A model generated the notes under the pieces. That model did not search any database. It was not told where the DNA came from and was given only the letters and a program-made list of their open reading frames with translations. From positions 17,527-81,526 of the forward strand of contig JAFGFH010000022.1 of NCBI GenBank assembly GCA_016931175.1: a DNA stretch of 64,000 nt, read 5' to 3'. This document shows, piece by piece, positions 1-9,531 of this stretch (its first letter is position 1; the number at the start of each line of letters is the position of its first letter). Source of the DNA: Nanobdellota archaeon. GTDB taxonomy: Archaea > Nanobdellota > Nanobdellia > Tiddalikarchaeales > Tiddalikarchaeaceae. A program made the translations under genes and the position numbers.

Positions 1-1044
1 CAAGCTGAAACCTATGCTTCCAAGAATCATGAATAAAGGGTAAACTATTAGTTGAGGTATGAAATTAAAAAATCCTTGAACCCATAAGTCTTGAATGCTG
101 GGGAACTGAAGCCAGTAAGCGAGTCCTGATATTGGCTGCTGCCCCGCGAATGTTCCTAATAAGGGAAATCCTGCATTGAACAAGAACATTCCTGCCATTT
201 GAATCATTGCAATAAGGCTCGCTGTGAATATGACTGGGATATTGCTGGTGTAGAAGAACTTAATAGGCCATTTAATATTATAACCTCTCACTCTTCCCAT
301 AGTTAATGGTATGTTAACTTTTATGCTCTGCGCGAAAACTACAAGCATGAAAACTCCAACCGTTGCTATTATACTTATCAAAGGCCAGACTATTAGTGCA
401 GGCTGTCCTTCGAACAATAACTGGAAGATTAAAGGCATGTAACCAACGAAGTAACCAGTAGCGTCATTAATTAAAGGACTTAAAGCTGTTACGAATACTT
501 GCTGGCTTACACCTGCTGCTATGAATAATGAGATTCCGCTTCCGAAACCCCACTTGCTGCAAATTTCATCAAAAAGCATTAATAATAATCCGCCGAAGAT
601 TAATTGAAGAATTAAGACTAAAATGTTTATGATAGAGCCTTGTGCTGGGGGGATAGCTCCTGATAAAACGTACATTGTATTCATGAAGATTATGAATCCT
701 ATGCTTACTGCTTTCTGAATTAATTGGTACTTCTCCCTTCCCTCTTTAGACTGAGTGTCAAGGTTCAATACTCCTGCCCCGCTTAACAATTGCAGTATTA
801 TGCTTCCGCTTACTATTGGTCCAATACCTAAGCTGATAAGAGAACCAAGCTTTGCTGCTAATAATACGCTTAACGCTTCGAACTGGCTGACATAATTAGG
901 GTCCAAACCGTATAAAGGTATAACACTTAACAAGAAGTATAAGAATAATACTATAACTGTCCATTTTAGTTTTTCATTAAATCCGAGTTTTTTTTCAGGC
1001 TTTTTTACTTCTGGTAAAATTTTCAAGTAATCTGTCCAGCTCAT
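1..1044 (-). CDS. secY: Preprotein translocase SecY (runs off the window start)
   Basis: ATG at 1044 overlaps the uL15 stop (ATGA). Reads MSWTDYLKILPEVKKPEKKLGFNEKLKWT...LGIGPIV..., multi-TM, at the canonical position after uL15. Confidence 0.95.
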   Translation of the reverse strand, partial: MSWTDYLKILPEVKKPEKKLGFNEKLKWTVIVLFLYFLLSVIPLYGLDPNYVSQFEALSVLLAAKLGSLISLGIGPIVSGSIILQLLSGAGVLNLDTQSKEGREKYQLIQKAVSIGFIIFMNTMYVLSGAIPPAQGSIINILVLILQLIFGGLLLMLFDEICSKWGFGSGISLFIAAGVSQQVFVTALSPLINDATGYFVGYMPLIFQLLFEGQPALIVWPLISIIATVGVFMLVVFAQSIKVNIPLTMGRVRGYNIKWPIKFFYTSNIPVIFTASLIAMIQMAGMFLFNAGFPLLGTFAGQQPISGLAYWLQFPSIQDLWVQGFFNFIPQLIVYPLFMILGSIGFSL

Positions 1045-1451
1045 TTTGCAACAACTTCCCCACCAGCTTTAACTATCTTCTCTTCTGCCTTCTTAGTAAC
1101 CCCGCAATAGTTTGATAATATTATTGGAATATTAACTGTTCCTGAACCAAGAACCTTCATGCCTTTAGCATTAATTAAGTATTTGCTTCCTTTCTTTTCA
1201 GCACTCTTAACTGCCTTCTCGCATAATAATCCAATGCTGATTCCTTCAACAGGTTGGCTTTTTGAATGGAATCCGTGCTTGCCATAATCTATCTGCCCGT
1301 CCTTCATGAACTGGTGCTTCTTCTGCTTGCACCTCTTGCCGTGCCCTGCAGCTCCAACACCTCCTCTGTTGCCGGAGCCTCTTCTTCTCAAGCCCTGCCT
1401 CATGTTATAACCCATCTTCTTCCTGTTCTTCTTAGCGTGCTTGACTACCAT
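1041..1451 (-). CDS. rpl15: 50S ribosomal protein uL15
   Basis: RGSGNRGGVGAAG motif, KVLGSG, AEEKIVKAGGEV; operon position. Confidence 0.95.
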   Translation of the reverse strand: MVVKHAKKNRKKMGYNMRQGLRRRGSGNRGGVGAAGHGKRCKQKKHQFMKDGQIDYGKHGFHSKSQPVEGISIGLLCEKAVKSAEKKGSKYLINAKGMKVLGSGTVNIPIILSNYCGVTKKAEEKIVKAGGEVVAK

Positions 1452-1453
1452 AA

Positions 1454-1891
1454 TCACATCATCCTCTTAATTAAATCATCCATTGATTCGTGAAATCCTA
1501 AATCTCCGCCTTGTTTTACTGTATTCTTTATTCCACCTTTTCTTAACCCCTTAACTGGAGGATGAAGCCTTAATACTGGAACTATTTCACTGACATCCTT
1601 TAATAATTTTCCAGATTTCAGTGTTGAAATTATCTTATCAACGAGTTTAGCATCAACGGGTTTCTTATCCTTTCTAACAACTCTCTTCAATAACAACTCC
1701 TTCAATACTGCTTCACTGATTGGACCGTACATTGCATAATCCTTAACCTTTTCTATCATACCATTATAAATAGGTGACTCCGGAAGCAGTGTGCAAGATT
1801 GCGACTTGTCCAACCTTAGCATTTGGAAGGTATCCTTTACCTGTTTTTTTATACCTATCCTTCCTCTTACCCTAATAATCGCATTCATCAC
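1454..1891 (-). CDS. rpl30: 50S ribosomal protein uL30
   Basis: AIIRVRG...LRLHPPVKG...LIKRM; lies between uS5 and uL15. Confidence 0.95.
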   Translation of the reverse strand: MMNAIIRVRGRIGIKKQVKDTFQMLRLDKSQSCTLLPESPIYNGMIEKVKDYAMYGPISEAVLKELLLKRVVRKDKKPVDAKLVDKIISTLKSGKLLKDVSEIVPVLRLHPPVKGLRKGGIKNTVKQGGDLGFHESMDDLIKRMM

Positions 1892-2601
1892 TTGTTACCC
1901 CCGTCTACAATACTGACATTAGTAGCATATTTTGGGTTTAAATGGAACTTGTTCAAACTCCTTAAAGCATTCATGCAAGCTCTTATAAGATTCATTCTTG
2001 AACAAGTCTGCCCGCTCGTAGTGCTCCAAACGTCTTTAATTCCTGCAAGCTTCAATATCTTCTTGCACTCGTCATTAACGCATAAACCAATACCTTTAGG
2101 TGCAGGGTATAATGTTATAGTAACACTTGAACACTTTCCTGATACTGTGAAAGGTATAGTATGAGGTTCTCCGCAACCGCACTCCCAGCTACCGCAGCCC
2201 CTCTTTATCTTAAATATGTTCATCTTGGAATTAATTATTGACTTGTTTCTTGCAGGAACTGTTTCGCGAGCGTGTCCAGTGCCTACTCCAATAATACCAT
2301 CCTGGTTTCCAACAATCGCCATTGATAAGAACTTTGGCCTGTTGCCATCCCTTGTCTTCTTCTGAGTGACTCTGAAAGCTCTTCTCTGCCCTCCTCCGAA
2401 TTTTCCTTTAGCCTGTCCTACAAGCAATAAGTCAACAGTTAAGTTAGGAATAAGAGTTTCAGTAATCTGAGGCTCCCTGATAACAAGGTTCTTGTCAAGA
2501 ATCTGTTCTATACTGGTTACTTCTCCTGATTTAACCATTCTTCCAAGCCTAGTCTTAGGAATCCATTCCTCTTCCGTTTTTTCAATTTCTCTTTCTCTCA
2601 T
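1888..2601 (-). CDS. rps5: 30S ribosomal protein uS5
   Basis: WIPKTRLGRMV, RGCGSWECGC, LAGIKDVW; start placed at ATG 2601. Confidence 0.96.
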   Translation of the reverse strand: MREREIEKTEEEWIPKTRLGRMVKSGEVTSIEQILDKNLVIREPQITETLIPNLTVDLLLVGQAKGKFGGGQRRAFRVTQKKTRDGNRPKFLSMAIVGNQDGIIGVGTGHARETVPARNKSIINSKMNIFKIKRGCGSWECGCGEPHTIPFTVSGKCSSVTITLYPAPKGIGLCVNDECKKILKLAGIKDVWSTTSGQTCSRMNLIRACMNALRSLNKFHLNPKYATNVSIVDGGNK

Positions 2602-2605
2602 AATC

Positions 2606-3106
2606 TCACACCTTTTCAATACTCTTCTTTACTGTTTCAATAATCTTACTGTCAAATCCTTTAATATGAGTTCCTTTCATCCTCTCAGGTGAAGGGAATA
2701 CTTTAGCATCATGAGGTATTTTTAATCCTGACTCTACTGCTCCAGCAAGAACTGCGTATAAATTGTTTCCAGCAGAACTGATGTTCAAACCCGTATCAAA
2801 TACTGCTTCTTTTATCTTGTTCTTCAATGCTAGTTTGCCTGCCAAGTAACCCGTCAAGTATGATGAAGGCAGATTGTTTGAAGCATTCTTCCAACCGTGC
2901 TTTGCAAGGGTCTGGTTTGTTACAGTGATTATTGTCTTATCCCCTTCTGGTTTGAAGCTTATTAATTGAACTATTACTCTCTTGTTTGTTCTTCTAACAA
3001 CAAGTCTAGGCTTATCGCTCTTCAAAAGCGCCAACCTCTTCTTATAATTGGTCTTGTTCAATCTCTTCCTCTTATACTTTACTGAATACCTTGGTCCTGT
3101 TGCCAT
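2606..3106 (-). CDS. rpl18: 50S ribosomal protein uL18
   Basis: MATGPRY...KTNYKKRLALLKS, RLVVRRTN. Confidence 0.96.
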   Translation of the reverse strand: MATGPRYSVKYKRKRLNKTNYKKRLALLKSDKPRLVVRRTNKRVIVQLISFKPEGDKTIITVTNQTLAKHGWKNASNNLPSSYLTGYLAGKLALKNKIKEAVFDTGLNISSAGNNLYAVLAGAVESGLKIPHDAKVFPSPERMKGTHIKGFDSKIIETVKKSIEKV

Positions 3107-3110
3107 AATA

Positions 3111-3548
3111 TTACTTCTCCATCTTTGATATGTACAATTTCAAGTGATTCTTGCTTCTGAAGAATCCTCCTGTAATCATCCTGTACAAACTCCTGTACTG
3201 TTTCGAATCTATCTTCTCTTTCTCTTTAAGCTCGGATAAGAATCTTCTCTGAACCCTTACCCTGTTCATCCATAACTGCTTCTTTGAAATTCTTGAATAT
3301 TTCGCTCCTTTCTTGCTTCCAGGCCCTTTTCTTCTTCCTTTCTTCTGCTGCTCTTTTCTTACGCGAGCTCTTGCTCTACTAACTCCTTTTTTATTTTTAA
3401 TAATTATTGATGTTCCAATAACGCTTCTTAAATCAGCTCGAGTAATAGCTTCCTTAATATCATCTGATTTTTCAGGATTTAACTTAACCCTGCTCTTTCC
3501 AACCTTGGCAGTTCTTGCAATCAATTCTTTCTGTTTTCTCTGATTCAT
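3111..3548 (-). CDS. rpl19e: 50S ribosomal protein eL19
   Basis: AITRADLR, KGRRKGPGSKKG, WMNRVRVQR. Confidence 0.96.
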   Translation of the reverse strand: MNQRKQKELIARTAKVGKSRVKLNPEKSDDIKEAITRADLRSVIGTSIIIKNKKGVSRARARVRKEQQKKGRRKGPGSKKGAKYSRISKKQLWMNRVRVQRRFLSELKEKEKIDSKQYRSLYRMITGGFFRSKNHLKLYISKMEK

Positions 3549-4087
3549 TTCTTCCCACCCTTAACTGGTTTTGCAGGCTTCTTGGCTGGCTTTTCAGGCT
3601 TCTTGGCTGGCTTCTCTGGTTTTTCTTCAACCTTCTCCTTCTTCACAACCTCTTTCTTAACAATTGTTTTCTCCTTCTTTGCAGTCTTCTCAGCTGCTTT
3701 CTTCAAGACTTCTTCAACTTTGAAGTTTATGAAGTTATAGTTTTTGCCTTTTGCAGCCTCAGCAATAATGCTCTTCTTTTTCAAACCTAATTTTCCGCTT
3801 ACAATACCTACTGAGTCTTTGCTTAATAGTTTCAAATCATCAACTGTTGAAATCATAACTATCTTCCTGCCCTTTTTATCAAAGTTTTTCAAACTAACAG
3901 GAGTGCTTCTTCCTACTAATGGCATTTTCATCTCCCACCTCTTCTTTCTTCTAATCTTTGAATGGTGGCCTTTAGGCTTCCTCCAATTATCAGGCAAAGC
4001 TTTCTTCCTGTGCTTCTCAACCCTTCTAATAACGGGTCTCTTCTTTTTCATCAAATTTTTAATGCTTAATAAATCACTCATTATCAT
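3545..4087 (-). CDS. rpl32e: 50S ribosomal protein eL32 with K/E/P/A-rich C-terminal tail
   Basis: WRKPKGHHSKIR motif; lies between uL6 and eL19. Confidence 0.93.
   Translation of the reverse strand: MIMSDLLSIKNLMKKKRPVIRRVEKHRKKALPDNWRKPKGHHSKIRRKKRWEMKMPLVGRSTPVSLKNFDKKGRKIVMISTVDDLKLLSKDSVGIVSGKLGLKKKSIIAEAAKGKNYNFINFKVEEVLKKAAEKTAKKEKTIVKKEVVKKEKVEEKPEKPAKKPEKPAKKPAKPVKGGKK
3574..3615. repeat. 21-bp tandem repeat (2 copies) encoding EKPAKKP in the eL32 tail
   Basis: caggcttcttggctggctttt followed by caggcttcttggctggcttct. Confidence 0.8.
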
Positions 4088-4607
4088 TACCTGCCTTTTT
4101 AATTAAATAAATACCATCCTGGAATATTCTCCTGTCATGAATTCTTATCTGTCCTGTCTTTTCAATAATGCCTGCAGTCATTCCTGCGTGCTCTTTATTA
4201 GTTGATTCAACGGTTATAATATCTCCTGCTACCTTAACATTAGCGTTTCCAACTATCTTGCATTTTCTTGGAACCTTCTCACCTAAGTAGTTGCTTATTA
4301 AAATATTCTTACCTTCCTGCTTGACAGTTATTGGGAAATGCGAGCCTGCAATCTTCAATTGGTAAACGAACGGCTTGATTAATCCTCTCATTAAGTTATT
4401 AATGTGTGAAGCGTAAGTGTTCATTAACTTCTTAACGTTCCTGTTTTCCTTCTTGGCCTTTAATGTTATACTCTCAGGTGTTATTATAACATCTATTAAA
4501 GGGTGGAATATTTGCCTCCTGTTCTCTTTGCCGTCTTTAGTAAAAACTAGTTCTTTGCCTTCTCTCTTCACTGTTACTTGCTTCAACACGGGTATAGTTT
4601 TTTCCAT
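4074..4607 (-). CDS. rpl6: 50S ribosomal protein uL6
   Basis: SHFPITV, NYLGEK, DRRIFQDGIY. Confidence 0.96.
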   Translation of the reverse strand: MEKTIPVLKQVTVKREGKELVFTKDGKENRRQIFHPLIDVIITPESITLKAKKENRNVKKLMNTYASHINNLMRGLIKPFVYQLKIAGSHFPITVKQEGKNILISNYLGEKVPRKCKIVGNANVKVAGDIITVESTNKEHAGMTAGIIEKTGQIRIHDRRIFQDGIYLIKKAGNDNE

Positions 4608-4620
4608 AATGAATCACTCT

Positions 4621-5010
4621 TTAGTAAACGTAAGCTATTAATTTACCTCCTGTTCCCTGCTCTTTCAACTCTTGATGGGTTACTAAACCCTTCGGGGTTG
4701 ATACTATCAAGCATCCTAATTCTCTCGCAGGCAAGTACCTCTTCTCAAACTTTTCAATCTCATCCTTCTTTGCTGAGAATCTTGGTTTAATTGCCATTGC
4801 CTGGTTCATGTTGCCGTTGAATAAAATCTTAATACTTCCTCCCCTATTATCCGCAACGACTTGGAAGTTTTCAATATAACCTTCCCTTTTGAATAATTCT
4901 ATTACTTTATTAACAAGTTTAGATGTTGGTTTAATCAAGCACTCCTTTTTTCCATTCTTTAAAGCGTTAGTCATGCTTGACAACGCGTCTGCCAGTAAAT
5001 CATGTCTCAT
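4621..5010 (-). CDS. rps8: 30S ribosomal protein uS8
   Basis: MRHDLLADAL...EKRYLPA...GGKLIAYVY; true start is ATG 5010 behind SD AGGTGAT. Confidence 0.96.
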   Translation of the reverse strand: MRHDLLADALSSMTNALKNGKKECLIKPTSKLVNKVIELFKREGYIENFQVVADNRGGSIKILFNGNMNQAMAIKPRFSAKKDEIEKFEKRYLPARELGCLIVSTPKGLVTHQELKEQGTGGKLIAYVY

Positions 5011-5021
5011 AATATCACCTT

Positions 5022-5249
5022 TTAAAACTTCTTGAACCCTATGCCGTTTGCAATGTCTTTGAAACACTGCCTGCAAACGTTCAATTCATACCTCCTTATT
5101 AGTGCTCCTCTTCTGCCGCAGATTGAACACACTCTTCTTCCTCTGCCGTACTTCTTCTCAACAGGCTTGTTGAATTTTAATTGCCTTGTGCTTTCAGCCT
5201 TCTTATGAGCTACTTGTTTGAATGATTTCTTCCAGTCTTTTGCAGTCAT
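5022..5249 (-). CDS. rps14: 30S ribosomal protein uS14 (Zn type, N-terminal extension)
   Basis: CSICG...CRQCF...GFKK. Confidence 0.95.
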   Translation of the reverse strand: MTAKDWKKSFKQVAHKKAESTRQLKFNKPVEKKYGRGRRVCSICGRRGALIRRYELNVCRQCFKDIANGIGFKKF

Positions 5250-5749
5250 ACTATCTTCACTCCGTACTTATTTTTCATAAAATCTATGGCTTCTTCCTTA
5301 TTAATAATATGCCTTCTTGGAATCTTTGCAGTGTTTAACCTTCTGTCTTTTATCCTGTAACCTGCTCTTGAAAGCGTGAGTGTGACATTGAAACCGAACA
5401 TTGGAATCTTAGGATCATACTTTAATCCTGGAACGTGAACGTACTCGTCAATACCAAAGCTTATGTTGCCGTAATCGTCAAAGCTGGAATCTTTCAGGTT
5501 ATACTCTTTAGCTAATAATAATCTCTTCAATAATTCTTCAAAATTCTTCCTCAAAGTAACCTTTACTCCAAGCTCTATGCCTGGTCTAACGTTGAATTTT
5601 GGAATTCTCTTGTTTGATTTAGTCTTAACAGGATTTGCTCCAGTAACTGTTTTAAGCAGTTCAAAGGCTTTCTCTAACTTATCTCCCGGCTCTCCAACTC
5701 CAATATTCATTGTGAGCTTGCTTATCTTTAAATCTCTCATCTTGTTCAT
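5246..5749 (-). CDS. rpl5: 50S ribosomal protein uL5
   Basis: NIGVGEPG, GVKVTLR, GNISFGI, YDPKI. Confidence 0.96.
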   Translation of the reverse strand: MNKMRDLKISKLTMNIGVGEPGDKLEKAFELLKTVTGANPVKTKSNKRIPKFNVRPGIELGVKVTLRKNFEELLKRLLLAKEYNLKDSSFDDYGNISFGIDEYVHVPGLKYDPKIPMFGFNVTLTLSRAGYRIKDRRLNTAKIPRRHIINKEEAIDFMKNKYGVKIV

Positions 5750-6462
5750 TTCTTAACCACTTCTCTAACCTTTATTTCACTGTCCTTTTCTCCCACAACA
5801 AAGACGTAAGTCTTCATGGTTTCATAAACAGTTCCTTTGTCATTCTTCAGTATTACTCTGTCTTTGCTCACGCTTGCAAAATCTTTGAATCCTTGAATAA
5901 CTGCTAATTCTCCGGCGTGTTTACCGTGCATTACGAGAACCGTTGAATCCTTCTTCGCCGGCAAGTGCTTAACTATCTTCTTAGTTGTCAAATCCAATAA
6001 TATAGAATCCCCTGTCTTGTAAGAATCCTTCTTAACTATTATGTTCCTGCTGCTTGAACAGTTTAGTTGAATAATCCCTTTCTTCATCCTCTTCTTGTTT
6101 AAAATACTGAATAATTTCAATCCTGCTTCTTTAGCATCAATGTTTAATGGAATTATTCCTCCCTTATAGTCCAGAACTGCCCTGTAATATATCTTGTTGC
6201 TTGGTATTGAGATTGTATCAAATAATCCAACAGGGTATTTAACATCCTTAACAACAGAGTTGTCTACAAGAACTAGTTTATTATTAACTATTCTCTTGCA
6301 CTCTTTCAAATCATTAACCAAACCTAAATGGTCTCTTAACAAGACTATTAATGGAATGCTGAAGTCCTTCTTGTGAGGCCCTGGTGAAGGCCTTGCTACG
6401 AATGTGTTCGTCTTCTTTGCTAAATTCCATCTCTTTGGCGTGTTTACTCTCTTTAAATGCAT
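5746..6462 (-). CDS. rps4e: 30S ribosomal protein eS4
   Basis: MHLKR...PSPGPH...PVGLFD. Confidence 0.96.
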   Translation of the reverse strand: MHLKRVNTPKRWNLAKKTNTFVARPSPGPHKKDFSIPLIVLLRDHLGLVNDLKECKRIVNNKLVLVDNSVVKDVKYPVGLFDTISIPSNKIYYRAVLDYKGGIIPLNIDAKEAGLKLFSILNKKRMKKGIIQLNCSSSRNIIVKKDSYKTGDSILLDLTTKKIVKHLPAKKDSTVLVMHGKHAGELAVIQGFKDFASVSKDRVILKNDKGTVYETMKTYVFVVGEKDSEIKVREVVKK

Positions 6463-6464
6463 AT

Positions 6465-6854
6465 TTATTTCACCTTCTCCGTTTTTTTAGTCTTGAATCT
6501 CTTCTTGTCGCTCAAGTCTAATTCTATTAATTGAACGTTTGAATAGTGTATTTTGAAATCAACTTTTGTTCCGTCTTTCTTCTCTAATTTTACTCCTTCA
6601 AGTAATAGTTTATAATTCCTCCTGTCAACTTTTTCAATCTTTGCCTCTTTGCCTTTGAATTGTCCCCTCATAATCTTAACCTTGTCGCCTTTTCTTGCTC
6701 GAACGCTTCTGACCTTGTAATGCTTCCTTAACTCCTTGCTTAAATTGCATTTCATAATATTCTGCTTAACGTGAAGCGGAGCATTAACTGCGTATTTTCT
6801 CTGCTTGCGTGGTTGCACGCTCTTATTCCATGATTTGCTGAAACTCTTTTTCAT
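6465..6854 (-). CDS. rpl24: 50S ribosomal protein uL24
   Basis: QPRKQRK, KOW motif GDKVKIMRGQFKG. Confidence 0.96.
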   Translation of the reverse strand: MKKSFSKSWNKSVQPRKQRKYAVNAPLHVKQNIMKCNLSKELRKHYKVRSVRARKGDKVKIMRGQFKGKEAKIEKVDRRNYKLLLEGVKLEKKDGTKVDFKIHYSNVQLIELDLSDKKRFKTKKTEKVK

Positions 6855-6855
6855 A

Positions 6856-7257
6856 TTATACCACTATACTGCTTATCTTTCCTATCTTTGGGAACCTGTC
6901 AACTACTTCTCTTGCAACAGCTCCCTTAATAACGCTTCCCTTAGGGTCTCCTTCCAATGATTTAAGTATTACGCACGCGTTGTCCTCAAACTTTATCCTA
7001 GTGCCGTCGCTTCTCATGTAAGGCATTTTCTGTCTTATTATTACCGCGTTTGCAATCTTCTTCCTCATTGATTGCACTCCTGTCTTAACGCTTACTGTAA
7101 CAACATCACCTATTCCTGCACTCTGCCTCCTCTTCTTAACTGCTTTTCCTAACTTAACAGATACTAGTTCAACTATCTTAGCGCCGCTGTTATCCGCAGC
7201 AGTCATCTTTGCTCCAATATCAAGTCCTCTCGTAACGTTCGCCTTTACTGCCTTCAT
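6856..7257 (-). CDS. rpl14: 50S ribosomal protein uL14
   Basis: ADNSGAK, FEDNA, KGSVIKG. Confidence 0.97.
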   Translation of the reverse strand: MKAVKANVTRGLDIGAKMTAADNSGAKIVELVSVKLGKAVKKRRQSAGIGDVVTVSVKTGVQSMRKKIANAVIIRQKMPYMRSDGTRIKFEDNACVILKSLEGDPKGSVIKGAVAREVVDRFPKIGKISSIVV

Positions 7258-7589
7258 TCATTCACCACTTCCTTGCTTAATACAACGAAGCTCTTAGTCT
7301 TTGATATAGGCCTCGTCTCCATTATTGTTACGAAATCACCATTTCTTGCCTTAATACAGTCAGGATTATGAGCTCTTACCTTTGTCTTCTTCTTAGCAAA
7401 CCTTTCATACTTGGGAATCTTGTATATTCTCTTAAACTCGATAATAACCCCTTTGTTCATCTTATCACTAATAACTCTTCCCCTGAATAATCTTCCGCGA
7501 ACGCTTAATGTTCCATGAAAAGGACAGTTCTTATCAGTACATGCCTCTTTAGGCGCTTCAATTCCTTTTATTCCAACATTTCTTGCCAT
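7254..7589 (-). CDS. rps17: 30S ribosomal protein uS17
   Basis: CPFHGTLSVRG, KYER, ETRPISKTK. Confidence 0.97.
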   Translation of the reverse strand: MARNVGIKGIEAPKEACTDKNCPFHGTLSVRGRLFRGRVISDKMNKGVIIEFKRIYKIPKYERFAKKKTKVRAHNPDCIKARNGDFVTIMETRPISKTKSFVVLSKEVVNE

Positions 7590-7843
7590 TTATCTTTCAC
7601 CTTATAACTCTTTTTTAACCTCTCATAGGGTCTTTGCAGGACGTCATCCCCTTTTAACAAGACCTTCTCATCTTTTATTCTGAAAAGGAAAACGCTGCCT
7701 TGTTTTGGGATAATCTTCTCCTTATCGTCCTTCAATATTATGAACGTGTTCTTAGTCTCGTCAACAATTAAACCCTTCATCTTTCCCGTTTCAACGTTTA
7801 ATCCGATGAGTTCATGATTGACCAAGTTTTTTTTCGTTATCAT
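7568..7843 (-). CDS. rnp1: Ribonuclease P protein component 1 (Rpp29/Pop4)
   Basis: HELIGL, VDETKNT, IPK, RPYER; conserved position in the archaeal operon. Confidence 0.9.
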   Translation of the reverse strand: MITKKNLVNHELIGLNVETGKMKGLIVDETKNTFIILKDDKEKIIPKQGSVFLFRIKDEKVLLKGDDVLQRPYERLKKSYKVKDKWQEMLE

Positions 7844-8145
7844 TTGACTTCAATACTTTCTTCCGGAAATCCTTCCTTGACGAGTATCTCTTTTGCCTTC
7901 TTCGCGTGTTGTCCTTGCAGTTCAATCATTCCTTCCTTAGCCGTTCCACCGCAAGCAAGTTTCTGCTTGAAAAGTTTTGTTAAACCTTTCACATCAATCT
8001 GTTTCTCATCCAAGCCTTCAATTATAGTCACGTGCTTTTTGTACTTCCTTTTCACGTCGCTTATGACTATTTTTTGCTGTTCTCGCGCTATGGATTCGCA
8101 GACGCATAAGTCTTTAGGCAAACCACATTTTTGACAAACGTCCAT
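7840..8145 (-). CDS. sui1: Translation initiation factor SUI1/aIF1
   Basis: CGLPKDLCVC, KLACGGT, IELQG. Confidence 0.93.
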   Translation of the reverse strand: MDVCQKCGLPKDLCVCESIAREQQKIVISDVKRKYKKHVTIIEGLDEKQIDVKGLTKLFKQKLACGGTAKEGMIELQGQHAKKAKEILVKEGFPEESIEVK

Positions 8146-8149
8146 AAAT

Positions 8150-8353
8150 TTACTTACCACCTCTTATACTTTGTAGGGTTTTAATTCTAGCAATTGCCCG
8201 CTTTAACTCCTTAACCTTTCCTGGCTTGTCAGGGTTCTGCTTGCTTGACATCTGAGTTCTTGCCTTCATCAATTCCTTTTTGAACTCTACCATTTTCTCT
8301 TCAAGCTTCTCATTGCTTAACTCCTTCAACTCTTTCAAGCGGATAACTGCCAT
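8150..8353 (-). CDS. rpl29: 50S ribosomal protein uL29
   Basis: ELK...PGKVKELKRAIARIKT. Confidence 0.94.
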   Translation of the reverse strand: MAVIRLKELKELSNEKLEEKMVEFKKELMKARTQMSSKQNPDKPGKVKELKRAIARIKTLQSIRGGK

Positions 8354-9123
8354 TACTTCTTCTCCTCTTTAACTGGTTTTTTCTTAGCAGGAGACTTCTT
8401 CTCTGCCGGAGTTTTCTTCTTAGTCTCCTTCTTAGGTTCAGTTTTCTCCTCTTTCTTCTCAGCTGGTTTTGAAGACTCCTTCTCCTCCAGCTTTTCCGGT
8501 TCCTGTTTAACTTCCTGAACCTTTATTTCACCAGTGATTATGATACTGTCAGGCATTACACTATTTGGAGGCAGTATTTTAACTGTTACTCCAATAACGC
8601 CGGGTTTTAACTGCGCTAACCTGTAGCCTTTTAATACTAGAGTGTTCGCAGGGTCTCCTGATTTAGGCAAATAACCCATTGTGAACTTCCATGTCTTTGC
8701 TCTCTTTGAAGGCACTTTACCGCTTATAATAATCTCAGCGCCTATCGCTCCTGAGTCTATTACTTTTTGAATAATTCTGTGCCCTATGAATTTGAATCTG
8801 CTCGTTCCCATCCTTACAAGCATGTCTGCTATGTTCTCAGCAACTATTGAAGGGTCAAGGTCTGGCTCGTTAATCTCTTGAACTTCTATTTGAGGGCTTT
8901 GCATGCTGAACTTAGTCTTCAAATCCTCAACAACGCTCTTAATATTGCTTCCTCCTCTTCCAACTACTAATCCAGGCTTTGAACTGAATATTATTATCTT
9001 CTCACCTAAAGGAGTTTTCTGAATAATAGTATGAGAGTAACTGCTGTTCTTGAAAACGCTTAACAAGTACTCTTGTATCCTGTAATCATTTATCTTCTCT
9101 TTAATGAATTTTCTTTCAATCAT
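8353..9123 (-). CDS. rps3: 30S ribosomal protein uS3 with charged C-terminal tail
   Basis: MIERKFI, KPGLVVGRGG, ISGK, GVIGVTVKI. Confidence 0.96.
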   Translation of the reverse strand: MIERKFIKEKINDYRIQEYLLSVFKNSSYSHTIIQKTPLGEKIIIFSSKPGLVVGRGGSNIKSVVEDLKTKFSMQSPQIEVQEINEPDLDPSIVAENIADMLVRMGTSRFKFIGHRIIQKVIDSGAIGAEIIISGKVPSKRAKTWKFTMGYLPKSGDPANTLVLKGYRLAQLKPGVIGVTVKILPPNSVMPDSIIITGEIKVQEVKQEPEKLEEKESSKPAEKKEEKTEPKKETKKKTPAEKKSPAKKKPVKEEKK

Positions 9124-9527
9124 TTCTCCACCACTACTCCTATCTTCAAATAAGTCTGCCTGCCTCTTTTATACTTTGACTTCTGGTTCTTGCTGAAAAC
9201 AGCGTTAGGTATGAATTCGTTAATCAAGAGTTTATTCTCATCCAAACCCTTGTGTTTAGCATTAGACTTAACGAGCTTTAACGCTTTAATAACATGTTCT
9301 GCCACGTTTACAGGGAATCTTCCCGCAGCTATTCCCTTCTTGTGCGAAACGTCTTTCTTGTGAGTAACCATTGGAAGAGGCACTTCCTTCTTAGCTACTT
9401 TTTCAAGCTTAGCAATAGCTTTATCAACATTGTTTCCTCTAATCCACCTGCCAACATTTATAGTATACTTTGTTGACACTGGGATTGACACGTTCGCTAT
9501 TGCCTCGCTTTGTTTAACTTCTTTCAT
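9120..9527 (-). CDS. rpl22: 50S ribosomal protein uL22
   Basis: PVSTK, GRFPV, VKSNAKHKGL; position. Confidence 0.92.
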   Translation of the reverse strand: MKEVKQSEAIANVSIPVSTKYTINVGRWIRGNNVDKAIAKLEKVAKKEVPLPMVTHKKDVSHKKGIAAGRFPVNVAEHVIKALKLVKSNAKHKGLDENKLLINEFIPNAVFSKNQKSKYKRGRQTYLKIGVVVEK

Positions 9528-9531
9528 AATA

